Assembly (NCBI RefSeq): GCF_000317515.1
Contig: NC_019738.1
Location: 1,681,623 to 1,745,622 of the forward strand
DNA length: 64,000 nucleotides
Direction of reading: 5' to 3'
From: Allocoleopsis franciscana PCC 7113
GTDB lineage: Bacteria; Cyanobacteriota; Cyanobacteriia; Cyanobacteriales; Coleofasciculaceae
Shown here: one piece after another, positions 10,374 through 20,118 of the stretch
Layout: every line of letters starts with the position of its first letter
Numbering within the stretch: position 1 is the stretch's first letter
Made by a program: the position numbers and the translations under genes
The notes under the pieces: model-generated
What the model was told of the DNA's origin: nothing
Databases searched by the model: none
What the model saw: the letters and a program-made list of their open reading frames with translations, nothing else

Positions 10374-11423
10374 GTGGATGCTTTAACATTTGTAGCATTG
10401 TCGAGACTCAAACCAGCTTGTCATGTATCCCAGTCACTGGCTAGCTCACCGGAAGACTTATGGAGAAGACTTATGGATTTGCTCACCACAACTGACCCAT
10501 CTGTGACAACACGGCCTGATCGCAACCAATGGCGACAAGAACTGGACGCGCTGCCCCCTTGGTTGCGTCGCCCCATTGGTAAAGCCAGCGAAATCTCAAC
10601 CGTACAGCGCATCATTAAGCAACGTAACATCCATACGATTTGTGAAGAGGGGCGCTGTCCTAACCGAGGCGAGTGCTATTCCCAAAAAACGGCAACATTT
10701 TTGTTAATGGGGCCAACTTGCACCCGTTCCTGTGCCTTCTGTCAGGTGGACAAGGGACACTCTCCCATGCCTCTTGACCCCAAGGAACCTCAAAAGGTCG
10801 CTGAGGCGGTAAATTTATTGGGTTTGCGGTATGTCGTGCTAACTTCAGTAGCGCGAGACGATTTGCCAGATCAAGGTGCAGGCTGGTTTGTTGCCACAAT
10901 GCACACAATTCGTCAACTCAATCCAGATACAGAGATTGAGGTGCTAACTGCCGATTTTTGGGGTGGTAGAGGTGAAAATGACCAGATTCCAGCCGAGCTA
11001 CAACGCCAAAGAGTAGCTAGAGTAGTGGAAGCTTATCCAGCTTGTTATAACCACAATATTGAAACCGTGCGGCGCTTACAGGGGCGGGTGCGTCGGGGGG
11101 CTCAATATGAGCGATCACTCGATGTTCTCCGCATCGTCAAATCCCTGAACCCCACAATCCCCACCAAGTCAGGTTTGATGCTGGGACATGGTGAAACCCA
11201 AGCGGAGGTGATTGAGGCGCTAGTGGACTTGCGGAACGCAGGATGCGATCGCCTCACCCTAGGCCAATATATGCGCCCCTCCCTGCAACACCTGCCTGTA
11301 CAAAAATATTGGACACCCGAAGAATTTGACCAGTTAGGTGCGATCGCACAAGACTTAGGGTTTGCCCATATCCGTTCTGGCCCCCTTGTCCGCAGTTCTT
11401 ACCACGCGAGTGAGAGTGTTTAA
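10374..11423 (+). CDS. lipA: lipoyl synthase
   Basis: CPNRGECY auxiliary cluster motif and CTRSCAFC radical-SAM motif, with a lipoyl synthase C-terminus ([10 protein letters not shown]...YMRPS). The true start is probably the ATG at 10473 rather than 10374. Confidence 0.9.
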   Translation: MDALTFVALSRLKPACHVSQSLASSPEDLWRRLMDLLTTTDPSVTTRPDRNQWRQELDALPPWLRRPIGKASEISTVQRIIKQRNIHTICEEGRCPNRGECYSQKTATFLLMGPTCTRSCAFCQVDKGHSPMPLDPKEPQKVAEAVNLLGLRYVVLTSVARDDLPDQGAGWFVATMHTIRQLNPDTEIEVLTADFWGGRGENDQIPAELQRQRVARVVEAYPACYNHNIETVRRLQGRVRRGAQYERSLDVLRIVKSLNPTIPTKSGLMLGHGETQAEVIEALVDLRNAGCDRLTLGQYMRPSLQHLPVQKYWTPEEFDQLGAIAQDLGFAHIRSGPLVRSSYHASESV

Positions 11424-11583
11424 GGCTAAATATTAAGAATATTTACGATTAAACGGGTAGTTTCTTGCCAATAATCCCTCTATCAAGCTGAATAAAGCTC
11501 ACTCTTTCTGTGGTAACTTTTATGAGAGTCACCCAGTACTTTATTATTTTTTCACAAAATCTTTCAGAACAGGAGAAAACCCT

Positions 11584-11727
11584 ATGGCTGCTGACACCAA
11601 AAAATATGATGCCCCCGTTGCCAAGTCTGGCGGTAAGTTTCCTTACCCTTTTCGCGCAGGATGGGCTTTGTTACTTTTAGCGATCAACTTCTTGGTTGCT
11701 GCCTTTTATTTCCACATCATTGAATAG
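11584..11727 (+). CDS. small single-TM protein (47 aa), hypothetical
   Basis: ATG preceded by AGGAGA at -8 to -13. It encodes MAADTKKYDAPVAKSGGKFPYPFRAGWALLLLAINFLVAAFYFHIIE with one C-terminal TM helix. It falls below the 60-aa cutoff of the ORF track. Confidence 0.45.
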   Translation: MAADTKKYDAPVAKSGGKFPYPFRAGWALLLLAINFLVAAFYFHIIE

Positions 11728-11867
11728 TTACCCTACTTAACTTGATCAGGACTTACGCACTTCGCCTTTACATTGGTCATCTTGTCCTCTAACCTCCCAA
11801 TTCGAGGAAAGCGATTCTTTCCTCATCTTTAGGAGAGCAAGAGGGTAGTGTGTAAGTCCTCTATGAT

Positions 11868-12311
11868 TTATTCGGTCTTAAGGTTGAGGGCATATTCTCG
11901 AAAACGTTCCAAGTCAGCCTGAATTGTAGACTCCACAACACGACCTAAAAACAGATTATCCATCAACTGACCCAAGAAGCCGGGAATAGCATAAGCCACA
12001 CTCAGCTTGACAATACTGCTACCGTGCCGATCATAGAAGCGAATCGCTCCTCGATTGGGCAAGCCATCCACAGACTCCCACTGAATAATCTGGTTTGGCT
12101 CCAATTTCAGAATTCGGGAAAGCCAGCTAAATTCCAATCCCCCAGTTGCCAGCTTCCATCGAGATAACTCAGGATTGTCTTCCAGGACATGGACGGAGTC
12201 AATCCACTTCATCCATCGAGGCATTTGCTCTAAATCAGACCAGAGGTTCCAGGACAATTCAATGGGAACGTCAACCTCAACCTGTACACTGTGTTCTAGC
12301 CAATCGGACAT
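11868..12311 (-). CDS. SRPBCC (polyketide cyclase/dehydrase-like START/Bet v1 fold) protein
   Basis: 147 aa with an architecture typical of cyanobacterial cyclase/dehydrase-family proteins (WNLWSDLEQMPRWMKWI...). Confidence 0.7.
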   Translation of the reverse strand: MSDWLEHSVQVEVDVPIELSWNLWSDLEQMPRWMKWIDSVHVLEDNPELSRWKLATGGLEFSWLSRILKLEPNQIIQWESVDGLPNRGAIRFYDRHGSSIVKLSVAYAIPGFLGQLMDNLFLGRVVESTIQADLERFREYALNLKTE

Positions 12312-12425
12312 GCGATTTTAGGTTTGGGATTTGGGATTTGGGAGGGGTTGAAGGTTGAAAGTTTAAAGTTATCACCGGCAACTTGTTCACCGACAACCCA
12401 GCTTCGGACTCAAAACTCTGGTTGC

Positions 12426-13895
12426 TCAAACCGTTGTTACAGGGGTGCGCTCTACCAGTTCTTTGGCATTTTCCAGAATGGCTTTTGCCGCCTGACGCCC
12501 CGATAACGTGGCTCCTTCCATACTATCGATGTAGTCTTGTTGGGTATAACTTCCGGCAAGGAAAAAATTGTTAATGGGTGTTTTTTGCGGGGGGCGATAG
12601 GGGTCCATCCCAGGCGCTTCACGGTAGAGAGACTGAGCCAGCTTGACGACGCTGTACCAAGTCATGTTCAGTTCTCGCGAGGAGGGGAAGAGTTCATGGA
12701 CTTGCTTGAGGACGTGTTGTGCGATCGCTTCATTATTTTGCCGGATAAAGGGGTCTCCTGGAGTAAGCACCAATTGCAACAGTGAACCCTCACCCTGTTT
12801 GTAATAATTCCCAGGACTGGTTAAGGCTAAGTCAGCAAAGCAGGAGAAGTCAGCATCAGGGGTATAGAGCAGATTATCAATTCCTGCGGCTTCTGTGAGC
12901 TGTTTGCGCTTCTCGGCATCGTGTAACTCGGTTACCCAACCGTCGAACCTCAGTTGTACGGTAGCCACGGGGATGGTATCCAGCTTGTAGATATTGTCAA
13001 ACTCCGACCACTTACGCCAAGCTTCAGGGAGCACGCGCTGCACACCGGGGACATCTGTGGCGCAGACGTAGGCATCAGCCAGGATGGTTTCTTCGGTTTC
13101 GCCTTTAGCCACCACTAACCCAGTAACTTTGGTTTGCCCATCCACCTCGGTAAACAAAATTTCCCGCACTCGACGCCTGGTGTGGATTTTCCCGCCTCGC
13201 GCCTCGATGTACTTCACAATCGGCTGATGCAGATACTCATCGGGAGAACCTTCCAGCATTCGCAGCACCGAAGCTTCTGTTTTTGCTGCAAAAAATTGGA
13301 AAATTGTCAACATACACCGAGCAGAAATATTCTCGGTATCAATGAAACCCAAGGCGTAGGCGATCGGGTTCCACATCCGCTTTAAACTGCCATCATTGCC
13401 ACCATGTTTGCGAAACCAGTCGGCAAAGCTGATTTTATCTAAATCGCGAATGGTTTTCATCGCACCGTCGAAGTCCACCAAGCCGCGAACGATGGGACTG
13501 GTACCCAGTGCTAGGGAGTTTTGCAGCTTATCCTGTAGAGATAGCTGGGAGGTGGTGAAAAAGGCTTTGAGTCCATTGAAGGGCGCACCCGTGATGAAAC
13601 GAAAATCTAACGCCCCCGTGCGTCCCCCTTTGTTCACAAAGACATGGGTATGTTCCTTGAGGCGTAGGTTGTCAATTGCCCCTACCTTCTTCATCAAGTC
13701 AAATAACTGGTAGTAGCAGCCGAAAAAGACATGCAACCCCATCTCGACATGGTTGCCATCGGCATCTACCCAACTGCCCACTTTTCCTCCCACAAAAGGA
13801 CGGGATTCAAAAAGTTCGACTTCATGTCCGGCATCGACTAACTCAACTGCCGTCGCCATCCCGGCTAGTCCCGCCCCAACAATTGCAACGCGCAT
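12426..13895 (-). CDS. crtQ: zeta-carotene desaturase
   Basis: 489 aa. N-terminus [62 protein letters not shown] and nearly the whole length match plant-type ZDS (CrtQ) as I remember it. The FAD GxGxxG motif is present. Confidence 0.9.
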   Translation of the reverse strand: MRVAIVGAGLAGMATAVELVDAGHEVELFESRPFVGGKVGSWVDADGNHVEMGLHVFFGCYYQLFDLMKKVGAIDNLRLKEHTHVFVNKGGRTGALDFRFITGAPFNGLKAFFTTSQLSLQDKLQNSLALGTSPIVRGLVDFDGAMKTIRDLDKISFADWFRKHGGNDGSLKRMWNPIAYALGFIDTENISARCMLTIFQFFAAKTEASVLRMLEGSPDEYLHQPIVKYIEARGGKIHTRRRVREILFTEVDGQTKVTGLVVAKGETEETILADAYVCATDVPGVQRVLPEAWRKWSEFDNIYKLDTIPVATVQLRFDGWVTELHDAEKRKQLTEAAGIDNLLYTPDADFSCFADLALTSPGNYYKQGEGSLLQLVLTPGDPFIRQNNEAIAQHVLKQVHELFPSSRELNMTWYSVVKLAQSLYREAPGMDPYRPPQKTPINNFFLAGSYTQQDYIDSMEGATLSGRQAAKAILENAKELVERTPVTTV

Positions 13896-13970
13896 TCAGC
13901 CTTTCCCTTTCAGTTTCTTTACTTATCTTAAAAGAAGATTGCAACGGAAATGGACTAGAAGAGGGTTGAA

Positions 13971-15050
13971 TCAAGCTAACTTATCTGGTGTCTCATCCTC
14001 TAAGGTTTCTGGGAATACCTCAGGAGAGAACAACTCCCACAAGGATTGGAAGTAGGGCATAAAAAGCGATTGTTGTTGTGGCGTCAATCGAGTTTGAAGT
14101 TCGTTTCCCAATAAATGGAGCATTTGCCGCACCAGTTCCCAGCGCACTTTTAAGGGTGGGTACAGCATGACGCACAAGGGGAATAGTTCTTGTTGGATGG
14201 CGGCAATGCTATTTTCCAGGACACAAATCCACAGGTAAACCTGAAACATCTCAACATCTCGGATACTGGAAACCATGACAGCCGAATCGCTTAATGAGCC
14301 AGTGTGACAAGAATAGTTAGGGTACAGTTCAATGATGCGTGAGGCGATTTTCCGGGCTATTTCGCTGCTAGGGGGTATGAGTTGGCGTATGCTTTCTAAG
14401 ATGGGAGAGTTGTAATCATAGTGGGCGGAGATGTCATAAAAGCGCTGCAATGGGATATAGAGGTGATCGTCAATGACTTTGAAATAATCCCCCAAAATTT
14501 CCTGATCGGGTGGGGCAAGGGGTTCTAGAAACAACTGCCCACAGTAGTGGAATTGCATACTGACAAAGCCAATTACTCTCGGATCGATGGCTGTGTATTT
14601 TTCTCGGATGCTGCCTACATCAGGACTAATAAATACACAAAGGCGTTGTGGTGTTAGTTGTTCAGCATAGGCGGATAGGGCTTGCTCATAGATATGGTAA
14701 GCATCTCGTGCAATTTCATAAGGGTCAATCAACTTATAGTTAATGCCGTGTCGTTTAACTTCTTGGGAAAGTAAGGTTTCGGTTTTTGCCCAAGCTTTGA
14801 GATTAATGGAACGAATCGATTGGAGTAGTTGCTGCGCGATGAGCGATCGCCTTTCTGCGGTTGTCGTTTGCTTAGCGTCTCCGTAAAGAGAAGACAATGG
14901 CATTTCTTGGGTGCTAGTTTCCCAGCTTTGTTCTGGATCAATGAGTTTCTGAAGATACTTTTTCGCCCATTGCTTGGCAAGGGATGTAGCAGATGTATTT
15001 TCCATCATGTTCCAGCCTTGCCGCCTAAGATTTGGCGTGATGTCACCCAT
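13971..15050 (-). CDS. hypothetical protein (cyanobacterial-looking, no family assigned)
   Basis: 359-aa ORF with good coding appearance and no recognisable motifs. The start could be the internal Met at about 15005. Confidence 0.5.
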   Translation of the reverse strand: MGDITPNLRRQGWNMMENTSATSLAKQWAKKYLQKLIDPEQSWETSTQEMPLSSLYGDAKQTTTAERRSLIAQQLLQSIRSINLKAWAKTETLLSQEVKRHGINYKLIDPYEIARDAYHIYEQALSAYAEQLTPQRLCVFISPDVGSIREKYTAIDPRVIGFVSMQFHYCGQLFLEPLAPPDQEILGDYFKVIDDHLYIPLQRFYDISAHYDYNSPILESIRQLIPPSSEIARKIASRIIELYPNYSCHTGSLSDSAVMVSSIRDVEMFQVYLWICVLENSIAAIQQELFPLCVMLYPPLKVRWELVRQMLHLLGNELQTRLTPQQQSLFMPYFQSLWELFSPEVFPETLEDETPDKLA

Positions 15051-15331
15051 GAAGCCCCTTTACGTTTTTTTGACAATTATTAATTAATATTACGCTGACT
15101 AGTATAAAACTCTCCTCAATTGGAGAGTGTGACTTCCCACACATTAGACCTCTAAACGTTAACTAAAGCGATCGCTCCATATCTACCTAACCGTCCTAAA
15201 CTAGAGGTATCGCACTCAACCTATTGGTACCTCGCTCAGCAAACAGCGAAATTTTTGCATAAGCTCCTTACCACTGAGAGATATGGAGAACTGAGCGAAC
15301 AGTCTGCTCAAGTGCTAGTGGAGGGTTTGCC

Positions 15332-15922
15332 ATGCATCCTCGTTTAAAAATTCTTGGTTTTGCGACAAAAACGTTACTCATTTCCCTAATTTTCTGGCAA
15401 TTACCTCTTTTGTTTCGTTGTTCATCTGGGATAGCACAGGCTGAAGATGGAATGGCGCAGTTACCGGATGGCAACTATCAATTTTGTAGCCAACCAGAGA
15501 CAAAAGACTCACCCTTTGGATCAGGAGTTTGCTTGTGGTTCCGTAAAGTCAACAATCGTGTAGTTGGAAATTACGGCTACCCTCAATCGGATGATTTTAT
15601 TTGTGTGAGTGGTGAAGTTCAGGATAATTTGGCAACCGGTGAAGCCTTAGCCGTATCATGGCCTGGTCGTGCTTGGGAGGAAATACCTCAATCACCTATT
15701 GATTGGGATGAAGAAGGACGATTGAAACTGAATCAAGCCAGTATTATTCATACTTCTGGTAGCAAAGATGAACGGATCGATTGGATTCAGTTTCGCAGTG
15801 CTGTGCTGAATTTTAAGGATTTCTATCGTTATACTCAGGTGGGGATTGGTGAAGAGAAGATTCCTGCGAGTTGTTCGGTGAAAGATATCAAACAAACATG
15901 GAACTCATCAATGGGGAGCTGA
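15332..15922 (+). CDS. hypothetical secreted protein
   Basis: N-terminal signal-like segment LKILGFATKTLLISLIFWQLPLLF...AQA. Several Cys residues. No family recognised. Confidence 0.5.
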   Translation: MHPRLKILGFATKTLLISLIFWQLPLLFRCSSGIAQAEDGMAQLPDGNYQFCSQPETKDSPFGSGVCLWFRKVNNRVVGNYGYPQSDDFICVSGEVQDNLATGEALAVSWPGRAWEEIPQSPIDWDEEGRLKLNQASIIHTSGSKDERIDWIQFRSAVLNFKDFYRYTQVGIGEEKIPASCSVKDIKQTWNSSMGS

Positions 15923-15977
15923 GGAGCTGAGGAGCTATTTAGATATAAATATTCCTCCACTGTTTCCCCAGTGTTTT

Positions 15978-16262
15978 TTGTTTCGCAATATTCAATGGTT
16001 GAACATCACTGCTAAGATGGTAAACAATCAAGATTCAAATTTCAACCCCAACGTGCCAACTTTAAAACAAGTTCGCGATCGCCTGGGGATGACTCAGGAA
16101 GAGTTTGCGAAAGTGCTGGGTATATCGCGTGGAACAGTCATCAGCTATGAGAGTGGCAAACACCGAAAGCTCCAGCTCTCTATGGCTCAAATGAAAAAGC
16201 TATTCGAGCTGATGAAACAGGCAGGACTTCCCATCGAAGAGTTACCAGAAGACATCGAGTGA
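15978..16262 (+). CDS. XRE-family helix-turn-helix transcriptional regulator
   Basis: LKQVRDRLGMTQEEFAKVLGISRGTVISYESGK is a canonical HTH_3 motif. The likely start is the ATG at 16017. Confidence 0.7.
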   Translation: MFRNIQWLNITAKMVNNQDSNFNPNVPTLKQVRDRLGMTQEEFAKVLGISRGTVISYESGKHRKLQLSMAQMKKLFELMKQAGLPIEELPEDIE

Positions 16263-16287
16263 TGCGAATTATATTCTTCCCCCTTTT

Positions 16288-16369
16288 GAGATCCCCCTCC
16301 CATCCCCCTTAAAAAGGGGGAAGCCAGATGTTGCTTGCGCTTTTTGTTGTCCGGGGGCTGGGGGGGATC
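16288..16369. repeat. GC-hairpin repeat element copy A, plus a partial inverted arm
   Basis: GAGATCCCCCTCCCATCCCCCTTAAAAAGGGGGAAGCC at 16288-16325 holds a C5/G5 stem with a TTAAAAA loop. GGGGGCTGGGGGGGATC at 16353-16369 is the reverse complement of 16741-16757. Confidence 0.6.
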
Positions 16370-16371
16370 GT

Positions 16372-16764
16372 ATGCCGAACAAAAAACATTTAATTGTGAC
16401 TGAATTCCACCTTCCCTACAACCCAAAACTTGTAGAGAAGGCAAAGGCAATGCGTAAGAACATGACGGCAGCCGAGAGAAAACTTTGGTATGGCTATCTA
16501 AAATATTTCCCGTTTCGAGTTCTCAGGCAAAAGCCTATTGATAACTTTATTGTTGATTTTTACTGCGCCAGCTTGAAGTTAGTGATAGAAGTTGATGGAG
16601 AGAGTCACTTTACGAGTGAGGGCAAAGATTACGACAGGGAAAGAACGCAAGTTTTAGAAGGCTATGGGTTGAAGGTGGTGAGGTTTAGTAATGATGAAGT
16701 GTTGAAGGAGTGGGAAGGAGTGTGTCAGTGTATTGAGAAGATGATCCCCCCCAGCCCCCCTTAA
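16372..16764 (+). CDS. DUF559 (very-short-patch-repair-like endonuclease fold) domain protein
   Basis: LPYNPKLVEKAKAMRKNMTAAERKLW...NFIVDFYCASLKLVIEVDGESHF...GYGLKVVRFSNDEV matches the DUF559 pattern. The last 7 codons and the stop are supplied by repeat copy B. Confidence 0.7.
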   Translation: MPNKKHLIVTEFHLPYNPKLVEKAKAMRKNMTAAERKLWYGYLKYFPFRVLRQKPIDNFIVDFYCASLKLVIEVDGESHFTSEGKDYDRERTQVLEGYGLKVVRFSNDEVLKEWEGVCQCIEKMIPPSPP

Positions 16765-16779
16765 AAAAGGGGGGAGAAG
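16741..16779. repeat. GC-hairpin repeat element copy B
   Basis: GATCCCCCCCAGCCCCCCTTAAAAAAGGGGGGAGAAG. It overlaps the 3' end of the DUF559 gene. Confidence 0.6.
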
Positions 16780-16866
16780 AGGATGCTACTTAAGTTATAT
16801 GACCCAAGTCAGAGCTTAAGTAAAGAGTGATCGCCTATTGCTGTGAAACGCAAATCCTCATTTATT

Positions 16867-16904
16867 AAGCCCCCCTTTTTAAGGGGGGTTGGGGGGATCT
16901 CCCC
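16867..16904. repeat. GC-hairpin repeat element copy C (inverted orientation)
   Basis: AAGCCCCCCCTTTTTAAGGGGGGTTGGGGGGATCTCCCC. Its reverse complement, GGGGAGATCCCCCCAACCCCCCTTAAAAAGGGGGGGCTT, aligns with copy A. Confidence 0.6.
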
Positions 16905-16951
16905 GCAGATAATCACATTCCTCCAGTCAGCCAAACAAATCGCAAAACGTA

Positions 16952-19900
16952 TTGCATAACCTCTCCCCAGATGAGAAATATAGATGCATCGAGTCAGCAA
17001 TCTGCCTTCCTAACTCAAGAGAGAACTTGCCAATGCACTACCGCCTCAAATCTCTCAGCCTTGCCACTGCTACTCTACTGCTTTCGCTCTTCACTCCCCT
17101 TTTACCGCTTACCTTGAAGTTTGAGCCTCTGGTAGTTCAGGGGCAAACGCTGGAACAGCAAGAACCTGGGGCAGAGAAGTGGTATTTAGAAGCTTACCAG
17201 CGATTGCTCACAGGTGAGTATTTAGCCGCATTGGAAAAACTTCAGCAGGATTTAGTTACGTTCAGAAAAAACAGTGATCGGGCTAGGGAAGGCGCTGTCC
17301 TCACCTGTATTGGGATAGTTTACAGCAACATTGGACAGTACACCCAAGCTCTAGAGTACTCTCAGAAAGCTTTAGCTATTCTTAGAGAAGTTGGGAAGTT
17401 GCCTAACGGCGACCGAGCCACTGCACGCACCTGGGAAGGGAGAACCGTCTACAGTATTGGGTTAGTTTATGGATCGATTGGAGAATATACCCAAGCTTTG
17501 GAGTACTCACAGCAAGCTTTAGCGATTAATAGAGAAGCTAGAGATCGCCTCTGGGAAGGGAGAACCCTCAATAGCCTTGGAGGAACGTACTACTACCTGG
17601 GACAGTACCCCAAAGCTTTGGATTGCTATCAACAAGCTTTAGCTATTTTCAAAGAAGTTGGCAATCGCTCTGATGAAGGAAGAATTTTCAACAATTTTGG
17701 GTTAGTTTACCGCAACCTCGGAGAGTATTCCAAAGCTTTGGAGTTTTTTCAGCAAGCCTTAGCCATTCACAAACAAATTGGCGACAAGGCAGCGGAAGGA
17801 ACCAGTATCAGAAATCTTGGGCTAGTTTACCGCAACCTGGGACAATATCCCAAAGCCTTGGAGTTCTTTGAGCAAGCCTTAGCCATTCACAAACAAATTG
17901 GCAATAAAGGGATGGAAGGGACGACCCTTAGCAATATAGGGGCAGTTTATTGGGATCTGGGACAGTACCCCGAAGCCTTGGAGTTTTTTCAGCAAGCCTT
18001 AGCAATTCGCACTGAAATTGGTGACAAGGCAGGAGAAGGGGAAACCCTCAACAACATAGGGGCAGTTTACGACAAACAGGAAAAGTATGCCAAAGCTTTG
18101 GATTTTTATCAACAAGCTTTAGCGATTTCTAGAGCAATTGGCGACAAGCCAGGAGAAGGGGGAACTTTCAACAACATAGGGGCAGTTTACGACAAACTAG
18201 AACAGTACCCCAAAGCCTTAGAGTTCTTTCAGCAAGCTTTAGCGATTGCTAAAGAAATTAACGACAAGGTGGGGCAAGGAACAATCCTGAACAATATAGG
18301 TTTTCTCCTAGATGCACAAAACCAGTCAGAGTTAGCGATTGTATTCTTCAAGCAATCGGTCAATGTCACAGAGGGAATTCGCAAAGATTTACGGGTACTG
18401 CCAAAAGAGCAACAGCAGTCATTCACCGAAACCGTTGCAGGCACCTATCGCCGTCTAGCCGACCTCCTCCTGCAACAAGACCGAGTCCTCGAGGCGCAAC
18501 GAGTCCTCGACCTCCTCAAAGTCCAAGAACTTGAAGATTACCTCCGCAACGTGCGCGGCAATAACAATACTGCTCAAGGATTGCCGAATCTCCTACCCGA
18601 ACAACAGACATGGGAGAGTTATCAGGCAATTCTCAACAAAGCTGTTGAAATTGGCAAAGAACTCACCCAACTGCGACAGCTTAAAAAACAAAATGGCACT
18701 CTTACCCCTACTCAAGAACAGCGTATCGCCCAACTGCTGAAAGCCCAAGAAACGATTAGAGAAGAATTTAACAACTTCACCAGAAGTCCAGAAGTAATAG
18801 CATTGGTGACACAAAAAAGTCCCGAAACCCTTTCTCAGGATTTGCTGCTGCAAATGGGAAACTTCAACGCCTTACAAGATAACCTCAAGAATCTGCAACA
18901 AAATGCCGTCCTCCTCTACCCCTTAATTCTGGACGATCGCATCGAACTCATCCTCACCACCCCCGATTCTCCCCCCATTCGGCGCACTGTCCAAGTTCCC
19001 AAGAAACAACTCAACCAGACAATTGCCGCCTTTCGCAGCGCATTACTCGATCGCACATCCGATGCCAAGCCCCCCGCACAACAACTCTACAACTGGCTGA
19101 TTAAACCCCTAGAAGCAGAACTCAAAGCCGCAGACGCCCAAACGATTATCTACGCACCCGACGCTCAACTGCGTTACATCCCCTTAGCCGCGTTGTACGA
19201 CGGGCAACAATGGTTAGTGCAACGCTACCGCATCAATAATATTACCGCCGCTTCCCTCACCGATCTCAACACCAAACCCCAACGCAAAATGCAAGTCTTA
19301 GCAGGTGCCTTTGCCACCGGACGCTACAGCTTCAAGGTTGGTGAACAATCTTTTGACTTTGCCGGGTTGCCTTTTGCGGGAACTGAGGTGGAGAATTTAG
19401 CCAACACCGTTCCTACTACAACCAAACTCATCGATAAAGCCTTCACCCCCGAAGTCACCGTTCCCAAAATGGACGACTACACTGTCGTGCATCTCGCTAC
19501 TCATGCCGCCTTTGTCGTGGGGACACCGGACGATTCCTTTATTCTGTTTGGTAATGGAGAACGCATCACCCTGCGAGACATCCAAAAGTGGAGCCTCAAA
19601 AACGTTGATTTAGTCGTGCTTTCTGCCTGTGAAACTGGATTAGGTGGAAAACTGGGGAACGGGGAAGAGATTCTCGGCTTAGGCTACCAGATGCAGAGGG
19701 CAGGGGCAAGAGCGGCGATCGCATCCTTATGGACAGTTGATGATGGCGGTACTCAAGCGTTGATGGATAGCTTCTATGCCGCGTTGGAATCGAAGCAAGT
19801 CGGGCAAGATAGCCAACCCACCAAAGCTGAAGCCTTGCGCCAAGCTCAAATTGCCCTAATTACGGGGGATTATAAGGCATTAGGTCAACAGCGAGGGCTG

Positions 19901-20005
19901 GGAGTGCAGCAACGAATTCAGAGTAGTTTATCGCCAAAGGTGACTACCAATTTGAGTCATCCTTATTATTGGGCACCGTTTATTTTAATTGGCAATGGCT
20001 TGTAA
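16952..20005 (+). CDS. TPR-repeat plus CHAT-domain (caspase-like protease) protein, probably secreted or periplasmic
   Basis: The likely start is the ATG at 17033 (MHYRLKSLSLATATLLLSLFTPLL, signal-like). At least 10 tandem 40-aa TPR units follow (YTQALEYSQQALAI.REVG...). The C-terminal CHAT domain has a His (VHLATHAAF) and Cys (VVLSACETGLG) catalytic dyad. Confidence 0.85.
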   Translation: MHNLSPDEKYRCIESAICLPNSRENLPMHYRLKSLSLATATLLLSLFTPLLPLTLKFEPLVVQGQTLEQQEPGAEKWYLEAYQRLLTGEYLAALEKLQQDLVTFRKNSDRAREGAVLTCIGIVYSNIGQYTQALEYSQKALAILREVGKLPNGDRATARTWEGRTVYSIGLVYGSIGEYTQALEYSQQALAINREARDRLWEGRTLNSLGGTYYYLGQYPKALDCYQQALAIFKEVGNRSDEGRIFNNFGLVYRNLGEYSKALEFFQQALAIHKQIGDKAAEGTSIRNLGLVYRNLGQYPKALEFFEQALAIHKQIGNKGMEGTTLSNIGAVYWDLGQYPEALEFFQQALAIRTEIGDKAGEGETLNNIGAVYDKQEKYAKALDFYQQALAISRAIGDKPGEGGTFNNIGAVYDKLEQYPKALEFFQQALAIAKEINDKVGQGTILNNIGFLLDAQNQSELAIVFFKQSVNVTEGIRKDLRVLPKEQQQSFTETVAGTYRRLADLLLQQDRVLEAQRVLDLLKVQELEDYLRNVRGNNNTAQGLPNLLPEQQTWESYQAILNKAVEIGKELTQLRQLKKQNGTLTPTQEQRIAQLLKAQETIREEFNNFTRSPEVIALVTQKSPETLSQDLLLQMGNFNALQDNLKNLQQNAVLLYPLILDDRIELILTTPDSPPIRRTVQVPKKQLNQTIAAFRSALLDRTSDAKPPAQQLYNWLIKPLEAELKAADAQTIIYAPDAQLRYIPLAALYDGQQWLVQRYRINNITAASLTDLNTKPQRKMQVLAGAFATGRYSFKVGEQSFDFAGLPFAGTEVENLANTVPTTTKLIDKAFTPEVTVPKMDDYTVVHLATHAAFVVGTPDDSFILFGNGERITLRDIQKWSLKNVDLVVLSACETGLGGKLGNGEEILGLGYQMQRAGARAAIASLWTVDDGGTQALMDSFYAALESKQVGQDSQPTKAEALRQAQIALITGDYKALGQQRGLGVQQRIQSSLSPKVTTNLSHPYYWAPFILIGNGL

Positions 20006-20013
20006 TCATATAT

Positions 20014-20034
20014 CAGAAGGCAGAAGGCAGAAGG
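20014..20034. repeat. heptamer tandem repeat (STRR-like)
   Basis: CAGAAGG x3 immediately downstream of the TPR-CHAT stop. Confidence 0.5.
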
Positions 20035-20118
20035 TTTATTACTGGTACGTGGTCGCAAGAACCGTTAAATCTGTCCTAAACTTTATGGCGACAGATTTAG
20101 TCTTACTCTCCTAACAGC

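Noticed and set aside
12324-12785. Plus-strand ORFs 12324..12506, 12383..12574 and 12537..12785
   Set aside because: They overlap the 3' end and body of crtQ on the opposite strand or the heptamer-repeat spacer. They are short, with no RBS or motifs.
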